64,000 bases of DNA. Origin: Thermoplasmata archaeon. GTDB lineage: Archaea; Thermoplasmatota; SW-10-69-26; JACQPN01; JAJPHT01. The DNA is taken from contig JAXDQU010000021.1 of NCBI GenBank assembly GCA_034667685.1, forward strand, positions 46,654 to 110,653. The letters run 5' to 3'. The notes under the pieces were generated by a model, which saw nothing but the letters and a program-made list of their open reading frames with translations, was not told the DNA's origin and ran no database searches. The translations under genes and the position numbers were made by a program. The stretch's first letter is position 1. The number at the start of each line of letters is the position of its first letter. Shown here one piece after another: positions 18,415 through 28,578 of the stretch.

Positions 18415-19596
18415 ATGACGTCCGACCTGGCCCCGCGCCTCTCGCAGCGCGCCGGCCTCTTCCCCGAGAGCGTGATCCGCGAGATGACGCGCCACGCGAA
18501 CGCGCACGGTGCGGTCAACCTCGCGCAGGGCTTCCCGGACTGGAATCCGCCCGCGGAGGTCGTCGCCGCCGCGAAGGAGGCGCTCGACGGCCCGTTCAAC
18601 CAGTACGCGATCACGTGGGGCGCGCCGCCGCTGCGCCAGGCCATCGCGCAGAAGATGAAGTGGTTCAACGCCGTGGACGTGGACCCCGAGACCGAGATCG
18701 TCGTCACGTGCGGCGCCACCGAGGCGATGATGGCGATCATGCTCGCGATCGTGGACCCGGGCGACGAGGTCATCGTCTTCGAGCCCTTCTACGAGAACTA
18801 CGGGCCCGACGCGGTGCTCTCAGGCGCGTCGCTCCGCTTCGTGCCGCTCCGGCCCGAGCGCGGCTTCCGCTTCGACCCCGAGGAATTGAAGGCCGCGTTC
18901 ACGAGCAGGACGAAGGCGATCATCGTCAACACGCCCGCGAACCCCGCCGGCACCGTGTTCACGAAGGAGGAGCTGACGCTCATCGGCGACCTTTGCCGCC
19001 AGCACCGCGCGTTCCTCGTCACCGACGAGATCTACGAGCACATCCTCTATGACGACCGCAAGCACGTGGCGCCCATCGGCCTGCCCGGCCTGCGCGACGT
19101 CGTCATCATGGTCAGCGGCGCGTCGAAGACGTACAGCATGACCGGCTGGCGCGTCGCGTGGGTCGTCGCGCGCCCCGAGGTGATCCAGGCCGTGCGCCGC
19201 ACGCACGACTTCCTCACCGTGGGCGCGCCGCACCCCTTGCAGATGGGCGTCGCCAAGGCGCTGGCGCTCCCGCCGGCCTACTACGAGCAGCTCGCGAAGG
19301 ACTATGGCGCGAAGCGCGAGTTCCTCGTGGGCGCGCTGCGCAAGGCCGGGTTCCAGGTGGAGAAGCCCGAGGGCGCGTACTACGTCATGGCCGACTTCCG
19401 CGCGCTGGCTCCCCAGAAGGACATGGACGACCGCGGGTTCGCCATGTGGCTCGTCAAGGACGTGGGCCTGGCGGGCGTCCCGGCCTCCTCGTTCTTCTCG
19501 CGCAAGGCGCTCGGCCGGAACCACATCCGATTCCACTTCGCCAAGAGCATGCCCACGCTGGAGGCCGGCGCGGCCAGGCTCGCCAAGCTCGCTTAA
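18415..19596 (+). CDS. PLP-dependent aminotransferase (methionine/kynurenine aminotransferase-like)
   Basis: NLAQGFPD, NQY, GATEA, NTPANPAG, DEIYEH, SKTYSMTGWRV. Confidence 0.93.
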   Translation: MTSDLAPRLSQRAGLFPESVIREMTRHANAHGAVNLAQGFPDWNPPAEVVAAAKEALDGPFNQYAITWGAPPLRQAIAQKMKWFNAVDVDPETEIVVTCGATEAMMAIMLAIVDPGDEVIVFEPFYENYGPDAVLSGASLRFVPLRPERGFRFDPEELKAAFTSRTKAIIVNTPANPAGTVFTKEELTLIGDLCRQHRAFLVTDEIYEHILYDDRKHVAPIGLPGLRDVVIMVSGASKTYSMTGWRVAWVVARPEVIQAVRRTHDFLTVGAPHPLQMGVAKALALPPAYYEQLAKDYGAKREFLVGALRKAGFQVEKPEGAYYVMADFRALAPQKDMDDRGFAMWLVKDVGLAGVPASSFFSRKALGRNHIRFHFAKSMPTLEAGAARLAKLA

Positions 19597-19620
19597 ACCT
19601 CGTCGGGGCGATGCGGGCCC

Positions 19621-20460
19621 ATGCCCTCCAACGGCAAGACCGCCCTCGTCACGGGCGCGGCGTCCGGCATCGGCAAGGCGACGGCGACCGGCCTCGCGCG
19701 CGACGGCTACCACGTCGTGCTCGTGGTGCGCAACGCGAAGCGCGGCGACGAAGCGACCCGCGACCTCAAGGCCGCCGTCCCGGGCGCCTCGGTCGAGGTC
19801 CTCGCGTGCGACCTCTCCTCCCAGGCGTCGATCCGCGAGGCGGCCTCCGCGTTCCTGCAGCGCCACGACAAGCTCCACGTCCTCGTGAACGCCGCCGGCG
19901 TCTTCCGCAAGGAGCGCCACGTCACGCCCGACGGCCTGGAGGAGACGTTCGCGACGAACTACATGGCCTACTTCCTGCTCACGAACCTGCTCCAGGACGC
20001 GCTGAAGCGCGGCGCCCCCTCGCGCGTCGTCAACGTCTCGTCGCGCTACGGCGGGACCAAGCTCGACTTCGACGACCTCCAGACGGCCAAGGGCAAGTAC
20101 TCGTTCATGCGCTCGACGCCCCGGACGATGCTCGCGCGCGTGCTCTTCACGCAAGCGATGGCCGAGCGCCTGAAGGGCAAGGGCGTCACGGTCAACACGC
20201 TCCACCCCGGCCTCGTGAAGAACACCGTCCTCCTGAACGACGTGGGCGGCTTCTTCCGCTGGGTCACGAACATGCTCGGCAAGCCCGCCGAGGTCGGCGC
20301 GGACACCGTGCTCTGGCTCGCCACCTCCTCCGAGGTCGAAGGCGTGACGGGCAAGATGTTCGCCAACCGCAAGGAGATCGCCACCCCCGGCATGGGCAGC
20401 GACCCCGCGGCGCGCCAGCGGCTCTGGGACGAGAGCGTGAAGCTCGCGAAAATGGCATGA
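19621..20460 (+). CDS. SDR oxidoreductase (retinol dehydrogenase-like)
   Basis: TGAASGIG, DLSS, NAAG, HPGLV; the YxxxK motif appears altered. Confidence 0.88.
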   Translation: MPSNGKTALVTGAASGIGKATATGLARDGYHVVLVVRNAKRGDEATRDLKAAVPGASVEVLACDLSSQASIREAASAFLQRHDKLHVLVNAAGVFRKERHVTPDGLEETFATNYMAYFLLTNLLQDALKRGAPSRVVNVSSRYGGTKLDFDDLQTAKGKYSFMRSTPRTMLARVLFTQAMAERLKGKGVTVNTLHPGLVKNTVLLNDVGGFFRWVTNMLGKPAEVGADTVLWLATSSEVEGVTGKMFANRKEIATPGMGSDPAARQRLWDESVKLAKMA

Positions 20461-21065
20461 GCCTCGCGGAACGATATCAGGACGTCGCGCGCCGCGTGGA
20501 CGGCCGCGCCCGCCTCGTTGCCGTGGGCAAGAGCCATCCCGTCTCTGCGCTCCAGGAACTCTACGCCCTGGGCCAGCGCGACTTCGGCGAGAACCGCGTC
20601 GACGAGCTGCGCGCCAAGGCGCAGGCGCTGCCGCCCGACGCGCGCTGGCACTTCCTGGGCAACCTCCAGCGCAACAAGCTCAAGGTCCTCCTGGAGACGG
20701 GCGCGCTGATCCACAGCTTCGACCGCGACGAGCTCGCGCCGCTCCTGCGCGACCACCCCGTCCTCGTGCAGGTCGACTTCGGCACCGGACGCAACGGCGT
20801 CGCGCCCGAGCGCATCGAGGAGACGCTGCTCGCCCTCTCGCACGCCGGCGTCCCCGCCGTGGGCCTCATGCTGCTCCCGCCGCGCGGCGAGGACCCGCAG
20901 CCCCACTTCCGGCGCCTGCGCGCGCTGCGCGACGAGCTGCTGCCACGCTGGCCGTTCCTCGTCGAATTGTCGATGGGGATGAGCGAGGACTTCGAGGCGG
21001 CGCTGGAGGAGGGCGCGACGATGGTGCGCGTGGGGCGGGCGATCTTCGGCGAGCGCGGCGCCTGA
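20457..21065 (+). CDS. yggS: PLP homeostasis protein (YggS family)
   Basis: AVGK, FGENR, WHFLGNLQRNK, LSMGMSEDF, GATMVRVGRAIFG. Confidence 0.93.
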   Translation: MSLAERYQDVARRVDGRARLVAVGKSHPVSALQELYALGQRDFGENRVDELRAKAQALPPDARWHFLGNLQRNKLKVLLETGALIHSFDRDELAPLLRDHPVLVQVDFGTGRNGVAPERIEETLLALSHAGVPAVGLMLLPPRGEDPQPHFRRLRALRDELLPRWPFLVELSMGMSEDFEAALEEGATMVRVGRAIFGERGA

Positions 21066-21071
21066 GCTTCT

Positions 21072-21282
21072 TGCACGAAAGCCGGCGGTCGAAGCCTCCG
21101 ACGCTTTTGCACGTTGGCTTGGGCCGCCTCCGGCGGGGAAAGACGGAATCTCCGAATCTCGGAATCCCCGCAAGAAAGTCTTGGCGGAGATTCCGCGATT
21201 CGGAGATTCCGTTGTTTTCCGTGCGGAGCGCGTCCACAACCAGAGGGCAGCTTCGGAGGGTTCGGCCGTCGGCCCTCGTGCA
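21072..21282. repeat. layered palindromic element, family E
   Basis: Outer arms TGCACGAAAGCCG..CGAAGCCTCCGA, GCCGCCTCCGGCGG and CGTGCGGAGCGCG mini-hairpins, inner GAATCTCC units; homologous to 52414 and 31050. Confidence 0.85.
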
Positions 21283-21294
21283 GAGGCGCGCAGA

Positions 21295-21513
21295 TCAGCC
21301 CGTGTCGTCGTCCTCGCGCCGCGCGATGGCGTCCTTCACGCGCGAAGGAACGCCCGGCCGCGAGCCGCCGATCTGCTCCTCGGCCGGGTACTGCGTGGGT
21401 GGCGGCGCCTGCGTCTCGTCGGCGGCAGCTCGCTCGTCCTGGACGCTCGCGCGGCGCGCGTGCTCCATGTCGCCGATCTTTCCTTCGGGGCGGTGCGGGT
21501 TGTGTCCGGGCAT
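21295..21513 (-). CDS. small hydrophilic hypothetical protein
   Basis: 72-aa ORF that fills the gap, with plausible codon usage. Confidence 0.45.
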   Translation of the reverse strand: MPGHNPHRPEGKIGDMEHARRASVQDERAAADETQAPPPTQYPAEEQIGGSRPGVPSRVKDAIARREDDDTG

Positions 21514-21558
21514 GGGGCGCGGATGGCCGCGCGCGGGGACCTCGCTTCTGGCCGGCGG

Positions 21559-22560
21559 CTAGATGCCGCGGAGCTTCATGACGGCTTGGTCGTGGTACTG
21601 GTGGTCGGCCACGGCCCAGGCGCCCTGCGCGTCGTAATCGGGGAGCGTGCCGGCCGCCGCGTGCGCCTGGAGGGCGGGCCACTGCGCGTTGAGCAGGAAG
21701 CCCATGCCTTCGCGCGCGTAGGGGCTCGTGACGCTGTTGCTCGCGCTGAAGAGGATCAGGTCGTAGACGTGGTCGCGGTCCGCGGGCTGGCCGTTGGCGC
21801 GCGCGATCTCGATGGCCTTGCCCGCCATGCCCGCGACGAGGGGCGCCGCGAAGCTCGTGCCGCTCTCCTGGACGTAGCCCGCCGTGTTGGCCTTCGCGAT
21901 GCAGACGTTGTCGCTCCAGCTCGTGACGTCGGGGTCCGTGTTGCCGGTGGTCGAACCCACGGTGCCGCCGCCGCGGTTGCCGCCGCCCACCGAGAGGACG
22001 TTGGGGTCGTCGGCGAAGGACGAGAGCCACGAGGGGTAGGGCGCGGTGCCGTAGTTGAGCAGTCCGTTGCCCGCGGAGACGACCACGAGCACGCCGGCCG
22101 CGCGGGCGTCGCGGATCGCGGGGTCGGGCGAGCTGGGCAGCGGGACGCTCGTGCCGATGCTGATGCTGATGACGTCGGCGTCCTGCGCCACGGCCCAGCG
22201 GATCGCGTCGTCGATGCTTCCGACGATGCTGCCCGCGTCGTTGCCCACGCGCGCGATGACGAGCGAGGCGCCCGGCGCGAAGGAGAGCTTGCGCAGCCCG
22301 CCGCACCCGCCCACGTCGAGGCCCGCCACGAGGCTCGCGGTGCCCGTGCCGTGGCCGAAGCCGTCCTTGGGCGTCGGGCTCGCCTCGGGCGTGAAGTCCT
22401 TCCACGCCACGACCTGCCCGGGCGCGAACTCGGGGTGCGCCGCGTCGATGCCCGTGTCCACCAGCGCGATGCGCAGCGGCTTGGGCGTGGTGACGGCGCC
22501 GCCCGGCGGGACGCACAGGCTGGCGAGGAGGAGCACGGCGAGGACGAGGACGGCCCGCAT
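21559..22560 (-). CDS. secreted S8 subtilase
   Basis: Signal peptide; catalytic triad VDTGID, HGT, SGTSFAAP. Confidence 0.92.
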   Translation of the reverse strand: MRAVLVLAVLLLASLCVPPGGAVTTPKPLRIALVDTGIDAAHPEFAPGQVVAWKDFTPEASPTPKDGFGHGTGTASLVAGLDVGGCGGLRKLSFAPGASLVIARVGNDAGSIVGSIDDAIRWAVAQDADVISISIGTSVPLPSSPDPAIRDARAAGVLVVVSAGNGLLNYGTAPYPSWLSSFADDPNVLSVGGGNRGGGTVGSTTGNTDPDVTSWSDNVCIAKANTAGYVQESGTSFAAPLVAGMAGKAIEIARANGQPADRDHVYDLILFSASNSVTSPYAREGMGFLLNAQWPALQAHAAAGTLPDYDAQGAWAVADHQYHDQAVMKLRGI

Positions 22561-22604
22561 GGCGCTCCATCCCTTCGCGCGGGGATGAAGGCGTTCCCGA
22601 ATCC

Positions 22605-22754
22605 CTATCGGACGAGCGTGGGCCCCTCGACGAGCCGCGCCCCCTTCGCCGCGGCGTTGCGCTCCGCCCGCGCCGCCTCGCCGTTGCCGGCCGCGAGGAC
22701 GTTGGTCTCGCGCGAGCCGTCCGGCCGCTGGGTCATGTAGCGCCAAAGGGCCAT
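22605..22754 (-). CDS. small hypothetical protein
   Basis: 49 aa, MALWRYMTQRPDGSRETNV, starting 5 nt after the upstream stop. Confidence 0.4.
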   Translation of the reverse strand: MALWRYMTQRPDGSRETNVLAAGNGEAARAERNAAAKGARLVEGPTLVR

Positions 22755-22759
22755 CGGGC

Positions 22760-24613
22760 TCAGTCCGTCGTCGCCCCGCCCGCCCCGAGGATCGTCGGGA
22801 GCCACAGGTCCGTGTCCCAGCGCGTCGGGGTGCCATCGCGGACGACGGTGGGCAGCGTGAACGTGGTCGCCTTGTCGCCGTAGGTCACGGTGACGGGCGC
22901 GGTCTGCGCGCTGGGGAGCACGTCGCTGCCGCCCTGCTCCTGGGTGAGCGCGAGGCGGATGCGCGAGCCGGGCAGGATGTGCGCGTCCAGGGGGTAGAAC
23001 TCCATCTTGGCGACGATCGGCTGGCCGGGCGTGACGGTCTGCGGCTCCATGCCGCCATCCGCGTAGCGGAGGTCCATCTGCGCGCGGCCGATCCAGAGGT
23101 CGGTGCCGTTTGATAGCACCTCGTGCAGCTCGGCCCACAGCAGGCCGCCCGACGAGGTGGGCGTGACCGTGACGTGGAGCGTCGGCAGGCCTTCGATGCG
23201 CGTGCCGTTGGGGAGCGGGTCGGTCACGAACGAGAGGACGTTCTTCGTGCCCGGGAGCGAGGCGGGCGCGCCGGCGCCGGCCGTGGGCGCGTAGAGCATG
23301 TCGCTGCCCTCCTGCGCCTTCGCGACGAGCTTGCCGTCGGCCTCGGGGTGGAGCACGAGCGGCGTCGCGTCGAGCGGCGGGTAGGCGTTCTCCGGCTCGG
23401 TGGTCCAGTGGCCGTGCGTGTCCTCGACCTGCACCGCGGGGCCCGTGTCGGTCTTCGCGCCCTTCAGCTCCTGGTCGAACCAGCGCAGCAGCATCTCGGC
23501 CCAGTCCATGCGCACGTTGGGGTGCTCGCTGGCGCGGTCGGCGTGCACGTGCGCCCACTCGCCCACGAGCATCTTCTTGGCGCCGGGGAACTGGTTGTAG
23601 ATGTCGATGCCCTGCGAGGGCTTCACGTTCCAGTCCTGGAAGCCGTGGATGTAGAAGAGCGAGCCGTGGAAATTCTTCAGCGCGCGGTCGCGGTAGTCGC
23701 GGGCCGTCCAGTAGTCCGCCTGCGGGCCCATGTCGAGCGGCGTGCTGGTCTGGCCGCCGCCGGTCGCGTAGCCGTACGCGCCCTCGGGCGCGTGGAAGGG
23801 GCCGCTGAACGGATCGGGGCAGGCGACGCGCGCCGCGGTCTGCGGGTCGTCGGGCGTCGAGCCCATGCCCTGCGTCGCGCCGTAGCTGTAGTACGACTCG
23901 CCCAGGATCAGGCTGCGCGTCTCCGCCGACCCGTTGCGGAAGTGGAGCTGCTGCATGCTGTCGATGCCCTCGATGGGCACGATCGTCTTGAGGTACTTGT
24001 TGCCCGTCGTCGCGGCCTCCCACGCGGTGGTTCCGTCGTACGACTTGCCGATGACGGCGACCGCGCCGCTCGACCACGGAGCTTCGCCCAGGTACGTCAG
24101 GAGCACGTCGATGTCGTGCTGCTCGGTGGCGCCCAGGTAGTCGTTGCACCCCTCGCTCTGGCCCGTGCCGCGCACACTGGCCTGCACGACCGCGTAGCCG
24201 TGCGGCACGAGGTTGTCGATGAGGAACTTGCCCAGCCGCACGTGCGCGGGCGTGCCGACGTCGTCGTCCAGCTCGCCGTAGTAGGGGCCGACGTCCATGA
24301 GCACGGGGACCTTGGTGCCGTTGGGCACGTCGGGGAGGTAGATGCCCAGCGCGAGCTTCACCCCGTCGAAGCTGGGCACCTTCACGACCTTCGCGGGCAG
24401 CACGGCGTAGGTCCCCTTCTCGACGGGGTGGCTCCAGTCGAGCGGCTTGCCCTCCGGCGTGTTGATATCAAACGCGGAGGCGGGCGGGAAGGGCAGGCCC
24501 GCGGTCGTGGCAGGCGTCGCGCCCAGCGCCGCGGCGGGCGGCTGCTTCGAGGCCGAGAGACAGCCCGCGACGAGGAGGAGCCCGACGAGGGCGAAGGCCA
24601 GGAAGGCGCGCAT
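22760..24613 (-). CDS. CocE/NonD (X-Pro dipeptidyl peptidase-like) hydrolase lipoprotein
   Basis: Lipobox LVAGC, VRGTGQSEG, GKSYDG nucleophile, HGFQDWNV. Confidence 0.9.
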   Translation of the reverse strand: MRAFLAFALVGLLLVAGCLSASKQPPAAALGATPATTAGLPFPPASAFDINTPEGKPLDWSHPVEKGTYAVLPAKVVKVPSFDGVKLALGIYLPDVPNGTKVPVLMDVGPYYGELDDDVGTPAHVRLGKFLIDNLVPHGYAVVQASVRGTGQSEGCNDYLGATEQHDIDVLLTYLGEAPWSSGAVAVIGKSYDGTTAWEAATTGNKYLKTIVPIEGIDSMQQLHFRNGSAETRSLILGESYYSYGATQGMGSTPDDPQTAARVACPDPFSGPFHAPEGAYGYATGGGQTSTPLDMGPQADYWTARDYRDRALKNFHGSLFYIHGFQDWNVKPSQGIDIYNQFPGAKKMLVGEWAHVHADRASEHPNVRMDWAEMLLRWFDQELKGAKTDTGPAVQVEDTHGHWTTEPENAYPPLDATPLVLHPEADGKLVAKAQEGSDMLYAPTAGAGAPASLPGTKNVLSFVTDPLPNGTRIEGLPTLHVTVTPTSSGGLLWAELHEVLSNGTDLWIGRAQMDLRYADGGMEPQTVTPGQPIVAKMEFYPLDAHILPGSRIRLALTQEQGGSDVLPSAQTAPVTVTYGDKATTFTLPTVVRDGTPTRWDTDLWLPTILGAGGATTD

Positions 24614-24712
24614 CGCATGGGACCTCCGGACCCGGCCCTTCAGGATTGTGGTGCCGCGGGTGTGCACCCGATCCCGGGCGCGTTCTGGGCCGCGGCAGTC
24701 TTGACCGGCTTG

Positions 24713-24799
24713 ACTGCGCTTCGCTTGCCGCCAACACGCCATGACGCCATCACCTCGCGTGTTGGCGTGGTCGCGTGTTGGCGGCAAGCGAAGCGCGGT
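24713..24799. repeat. palindromic element, family F (ACGCCAAC-like units)
   Basis: GCGCTTCGCTTGCCGCCAACACGC / GCGTGTTGGCGGCAAGCGAAGCGC; related to 34408. Confidence 0.85.
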
Positions 24800-24846
24800 G
24801 AGGCGCGCGAGCCGAAGAACCGCGCGGCAGAGCCCACGGCCCAGGG

Positions 24847-26946
24847 CTAGGTCTTGCGGACGAGCGCCACCGCGATGCCCACCGCCGCCGCGCCCAGGAG
24901 TGCGAGGAGGGTGGCGGCGACGCCGAGCCCCGCGACGCCCTTGCCGGCGGGCGCGCCCGCGAGCGCCAGCGGGCCCACGAGCGTCTGCGCGGCGGCGAAC
25001 TGGAGCTTGGCGGTCGCCGCGCCGGTGGCGGCGGGGCCGGGGTTCGTCGCGTGGACGACGTAGACCTTGGTGCCGTTCGCGTCCTGGGTCTCGGTGGTGA
25101 GCGTGACGCCGGGCTGGTCGGAGGCCAGCGTCAGCGTGGGGGCGGGCGCGCCGGCCGCGGCGGGGAAGGCGTAGACGCCGACGATCGCGCCGGCGGGCGC
25201 CTGCGGGATCTCCAGCGCGTCGTGGATCTCGTAGGTCTGCGCGACGGTCGTCGTGTTCGCGCCCACTCCGAAGGTGAACGCGCGCACGGTCGGGGAGAAG
25301 GCGAGGCCGGGGAGCGTGGGCTCGACGTAGACGAAGGCGCGGTAGACGCCGGCCTCCGGCGCGGAGAAGCTCGCCGTGCCGCCGCGCAGGCCCGAGGCGT
25401 AGGCGAGCGCGCCCTGCGGGCCGAAGACCGTGATATCATAGCGCGCGTTGGCCATGCCTTCCAGCTTGGGCGTGACGTCGCCCGGCTTCCAGGGCGCCAG
25501 CGCCGCGAAGGGGAGCGTGACGTTGTGCCCCGCGCCGGTGAGCGTCTGGGCCGTCCAGTCGGGCGCGCCGTCGGCGTGGTTGCGCGTCTGCGGCGCGGTG
25601 GCGTAGGCGACCTCGATCTTCGTGTCCCACGCGCTGCCCGCCGGGACGCCGGCGCCCTGCACGCGGATGGTGTACCAGCCCTCGACGGGGACGCTGCCCA
25701 CGCGGAGCGGCTTGGAGGGCGTCTGCACGGGGTCGACCGACGCGGTCTGGAGGACCTTGCCCTCGGGGTCGAGGAGCTGCATGTTGAGGCTCGCGGCGCC
25801 GCGGTCGAGCGACTGGCCGGGCGTCTCCAGCGTCAGCGTGGCGGTCACGGCCTGCGCGCTGTCGAAGACGAAGAAGGGCACGTCGCGCTGGAACTGGTTG
25901 AGCGCGTTGAGCGCGTCGGCGCTGCCGCCGGGCGCGGGCACCAGGCCCTGGTCGACGACGGCGTAGTCCTTGGGGAAGCTGAACCCCTCGGGCTTGACGT
26001 CGCCCGCGACGAAGCTCACCGGGATCGTGACGGGCGGCGTCGCGCCCTTGGCGTCGGGGAGGAGCGTGAACGTCGCGGTGGTGAGGCCGGGCCGCGCGAG
26101 CGTGGCGGTGAACTGCACCTTGCCGCCGGCGGCGTCCATCGGCTGCGTGGCGTAGACGAGGTCGCCCGCCTCGTCGTGGAGCGCGGCGACGACCTTGCCC
26201 GCGGGCGCGGGGTCGATCTGCGCGCTGAAGACCTGCGGGACCCAGAAGCTCGTCTTGGCGGGCGGCGTGAGCGTGACCTTCTCGCCGGCGGCCTGTCCGG
26301 TGGCGGGGGCCGCGGTGAAGTTGGCGACGGGCGTGACCGCGTACACGTCGGGCGTCAGGTCGCCGTCGTGGAGCGGGTTCTCGGGCGCGACGCGGAACTC
26401 CTTGATGCCGTAGCCCGACTGGTAGAGGCTGTTCTCGCTGCTCTTGGCGAAGACGAGGAGCTTGGCGTAGTCGTAGCCGTCGCGCAGCACGGCGCGGTCG
26501 ACGAGCGTGATGCTCACCGTGACGTCGAACTGCTGGTCGTACATCGCCTCGGGACCCGCGGCGTTGGTGGGGTCCGGCTGCACGCTCGTGGGGTTCTGCG
26601 TGTTCACGGTGAGCGCGTCGGGCTGGACCTTCATGTCGACCCACGCGGGCTTGCGCGGGAACTCGAACGTGATCTGGATGGGGTCGGTGGGCGCGACGGG
26701 GGCGTAGCCGTCGCCGAGCATGCGGAAGCTCCAGTCGACCTTGGCGTGGATCTGCACGGTCTTGTTCGCCGTCAGGTTCGTCATCGACGGGCCTGCGGAC
26801 GTGATCGTGATGACGGGGTAGATGCGGCCGCAGGGGACGCCGCCGAGCGAGACGCCCGAGGTCGCGCAGGCCGACGCGGCGGGGACCAGGGACGCCAGCG
26901 GCGCGGCCAGGAGAAGCGCAAGGACCAGGAGCGCGGCGCGTGACAC
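24847..26946 (-). CDS. large secreted beta-rich surface protein with C-terminal anchor
   Basis: Signal peptide from GTG 26946; T/A/P-rich Ig-like segments; C-terminal TM helix followed by RKT. Confidence 0.75.
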   Translation of the reverse strand: MSRAALLVLALLLAAPLASLVPAASACATSGVSLGGVPCGRIYPVITITSAGPSMTNLTANKTVQIHAKVDWSFRMLGDGYAPVAPTDPIQITFEFPRKPAWVDMKVQPDALTVNTQNPTSVQPDPTNAAGPEAMYDQQFDVTVSITLVDRAVLRDGYDYAKLLVFAKSSENSLYQSGYGIKEFRVAPENPLHDGDLTPDVYAVTPVANFTAAPATGQAAGEKVTLTPPAKTSFWVPQVFSAQIDPAPAGKVVAALHDEAGDLVYATQPMDAAGGKVQFTATLARPGLTTATFTLLPDAKGATPPVTIPVSFVAGDVKPEGFSFPKDYAVVDQGLVPAPGGSADALNALNQFQRDVPFFVFDSAQAVTATLTLETPGQSLDRGAASLNMQLLDPEGKVLQTASVDPVQTPSKPLRVGSVPVEGWYTIRVQGAGVPAGSAWDTKIEVAYATAPQTRNHADGAPDWTAQTLTGAGHNVTLPFAALAPWKPGDVTPKLEGMANARYDITVFGPQGALAYASGLRGGTASFSAPEAGVYRAFVYVEPTLPGLAFSPTVRAFTFGVGANTTTVAQTYEIHDALEIPQAPAGAIVGVYAFPAAAGAPAPTLTLASDQPGVTLTTETQDANGTKVYVVHATNPGPAATGAATAKLQFAAAQTLVGPLALAGAPAGKGVAGLGVAATLLALLGAAAVGIAVALVRKT

Positions 26947-27048
26947 GGCAGAGTCCCGGGTCGCGCGAGCGGGAGGGCTCCTTAAAGGCGTTGCTGCAAA
27001 CCCCTGCTGCAAGAAGCGCCAAATACGCCGCGCCCGGCTCGGGGGGCC

Positions 27049-28440
27049 GTGCGCGCCCTTGCCCTCGCCTTCGTCCTCGCCCTCCTCGCGGGCTGCGTCT
27101 CCACCGTGCCGGGCTCGACGCCCGCACCGGGCCCCGCCGCGGGGCAGGACGTGACGCTGGGCGCCACGCGCGTGCACGTCGAGGCGCACGCGGCCGGCAT
27201 CTCGCGCATCCTCCTGGCCGAGGGGAGCGCCGCGCAGGTCACGTTCCCCGAAGGCTACCTCGTCCAGGACGAGAAGGGGGAGCTTCACCCCGCCAAGGGC
27301 GCGGTGGACGTGACGCCCGGCAAGGCCGTGCGCTTCCTCCCGCCCTGGAACGTGACGGGCCTGCCGGTGCCCACGCTCTCCGCCGACGGGAAGACGGCGC
27401 CGCTCGACCTCGCGTTCGACGAGGGGCACCACCTCGCCTCGGGCGAGGAGGCCATCGCGCTGGAGAAGGTGCAGCGCGCGCAGTTCCCGCACCGCACGCC
27501 CGGCATGCCCAACTACGCCAAGGCCGAGGCCTACTTCGCCGACTTCTTCAAGAAGCTCAACTACACCGTCGAGGTCAACGCGTACCCCGGCGACGACCAG
27601 AAGATCCCCCTGGGCGACCAGCCGGGCCCCGGCAGCGCGGAGAGCGTGCTCGGTTACAAGATGGGCACGACGAAGGCGGATCGCTATCTCGTCTTCGGCG
27701 GCCACTTCGACGTCGTCGAGGGGACGACGGAAGGCGCGTTCGACAACACGGCGGGCGCGGTCGCCACGCTCGCGATGGCGGAGGCGTTCGCCAACCTCAC
27801 CACCGAGCACAGCATCGTCTTCGCCGAGTGGGGCGGCGAGGAGGACGGCACCGTGGGCAGCGCCGCGTGGCTCGCCGCGCACCCGCAGATGGTCCCGCAG
27901 ATCGACGGCTACGTGAACTTCGACGTCGTGGCGCTCGCGTACCCCGCGCCCAAGCCCGAGCCCGCGCCCATCGTCGTGACCGCCGCGCCCGACGGCCCCG
28001 TCGCCGACGCGCTCCACGCCGACGCGGCCATGATCGAGAAGACCTACGCCCGCACCGGCGCCAAGCTCATCATGGAGGACTGGGCGAAGAACCAGGCCAC
28101 CGGCACGCTGGGCCTGGGCGGCGCGGGCGTCAACGCGCAGAGCGACCACACGCCCTTCGCCGCGCACGGCATCCCGAGCTTCTTCCTCTTCACGAGCCGC
28201 GTGCCCGACGTCTTCGCCATCATCCACAGCCCCAAGGACACGCTCGACAACATGACGCGTTACTCGCTCCTGGGCATCCAGGGCATCGGCCAGGAGCTGA
28301 CGCCCGCCGAGACGGCCGAGGGCGAGGCGCTCCTCGCGCGCAGCTTCGAGGCGCAGATGGTCCCCATGTTCGACTGGGTCGTGCTCGTGGACGACGGGAC
28401 GATCGCGTTGCCCGTGGCCGCTCCGGGCTTGCAGGTCTGA
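27049..28440 (+). CDS. M28 family peptidase lipoprotein
   Basis: Lipobox LLAGC; GGHFD, GAFDN, GEEDG, SDH, HSPKD. Confidence 0.9.
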   Translation: MRALALAFVLALLAGCVSTVPGSTPAPGPAAGQDVTLGATRVHVEAHAAGISRILLAEGSAAQVTFPEGYLVQDEKGELHPAKGAVDVTPGKAVRFLPPWNVTGLPVPTLSADGKTAPLDLAFDEGHHLASGEEAIALEKVQRAQFPHRTPGMPNYAKAEAYFADFFKKLNYTVEVNAYPGDDQKIPLGDQPGPGSAESVLGYKMGTTKADRYLVFGGHFDVVEGTTEGAFDNTAGAVATLAMAEAFANLTTEHSIVFAEWGGEEDGTVGSAAWLAAHPQMVPQIDGYVNFDVVALAYPAPKPEPAPIVVTAAPDGPVADALHADAAMIEKTYARTGAKLIMEDWAKNQATGTLGLGGAGVNAQSDHTPFAAHGIPSFFLFTSRVPDVFAIIHSPKDTLDNMTRYSLLGIQGIGQELTPAETAEGEALLARSFEAQMVPMFDWVVLVDDGTIALPVAAPGLQV

Positions 28441-28452
28441 TGGTTCCGACTG

Positions 28453-28528
28453 CCAGCCACAGAGGACACGGAGGACACAGAGGCGGCTTTTCTCCGTCCT
28501 CCGTGACCTCCGTGTCCTCTGTGGCTGG
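28453..28528. repeat. palindromic element, family A
   Basis: CCAGCCACAGAGGACACGGAGGACACAGAGG / CCTCCGTGACCTCCGTGTCCTCTGTGGCTGG. Confidence 0.9.
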
Positions 28529-28578
28529 AGAAGGCGCGTTCACAATCTGATATCACCCTCGCAGGCTCCTCGGAGCAC

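Noticed and set aside
3631-28528. Family A repeats as a CRISPR array
   Set aside because: The copies are dispersed kilobases apart with no repeat-spacer periodicity and no cas genes
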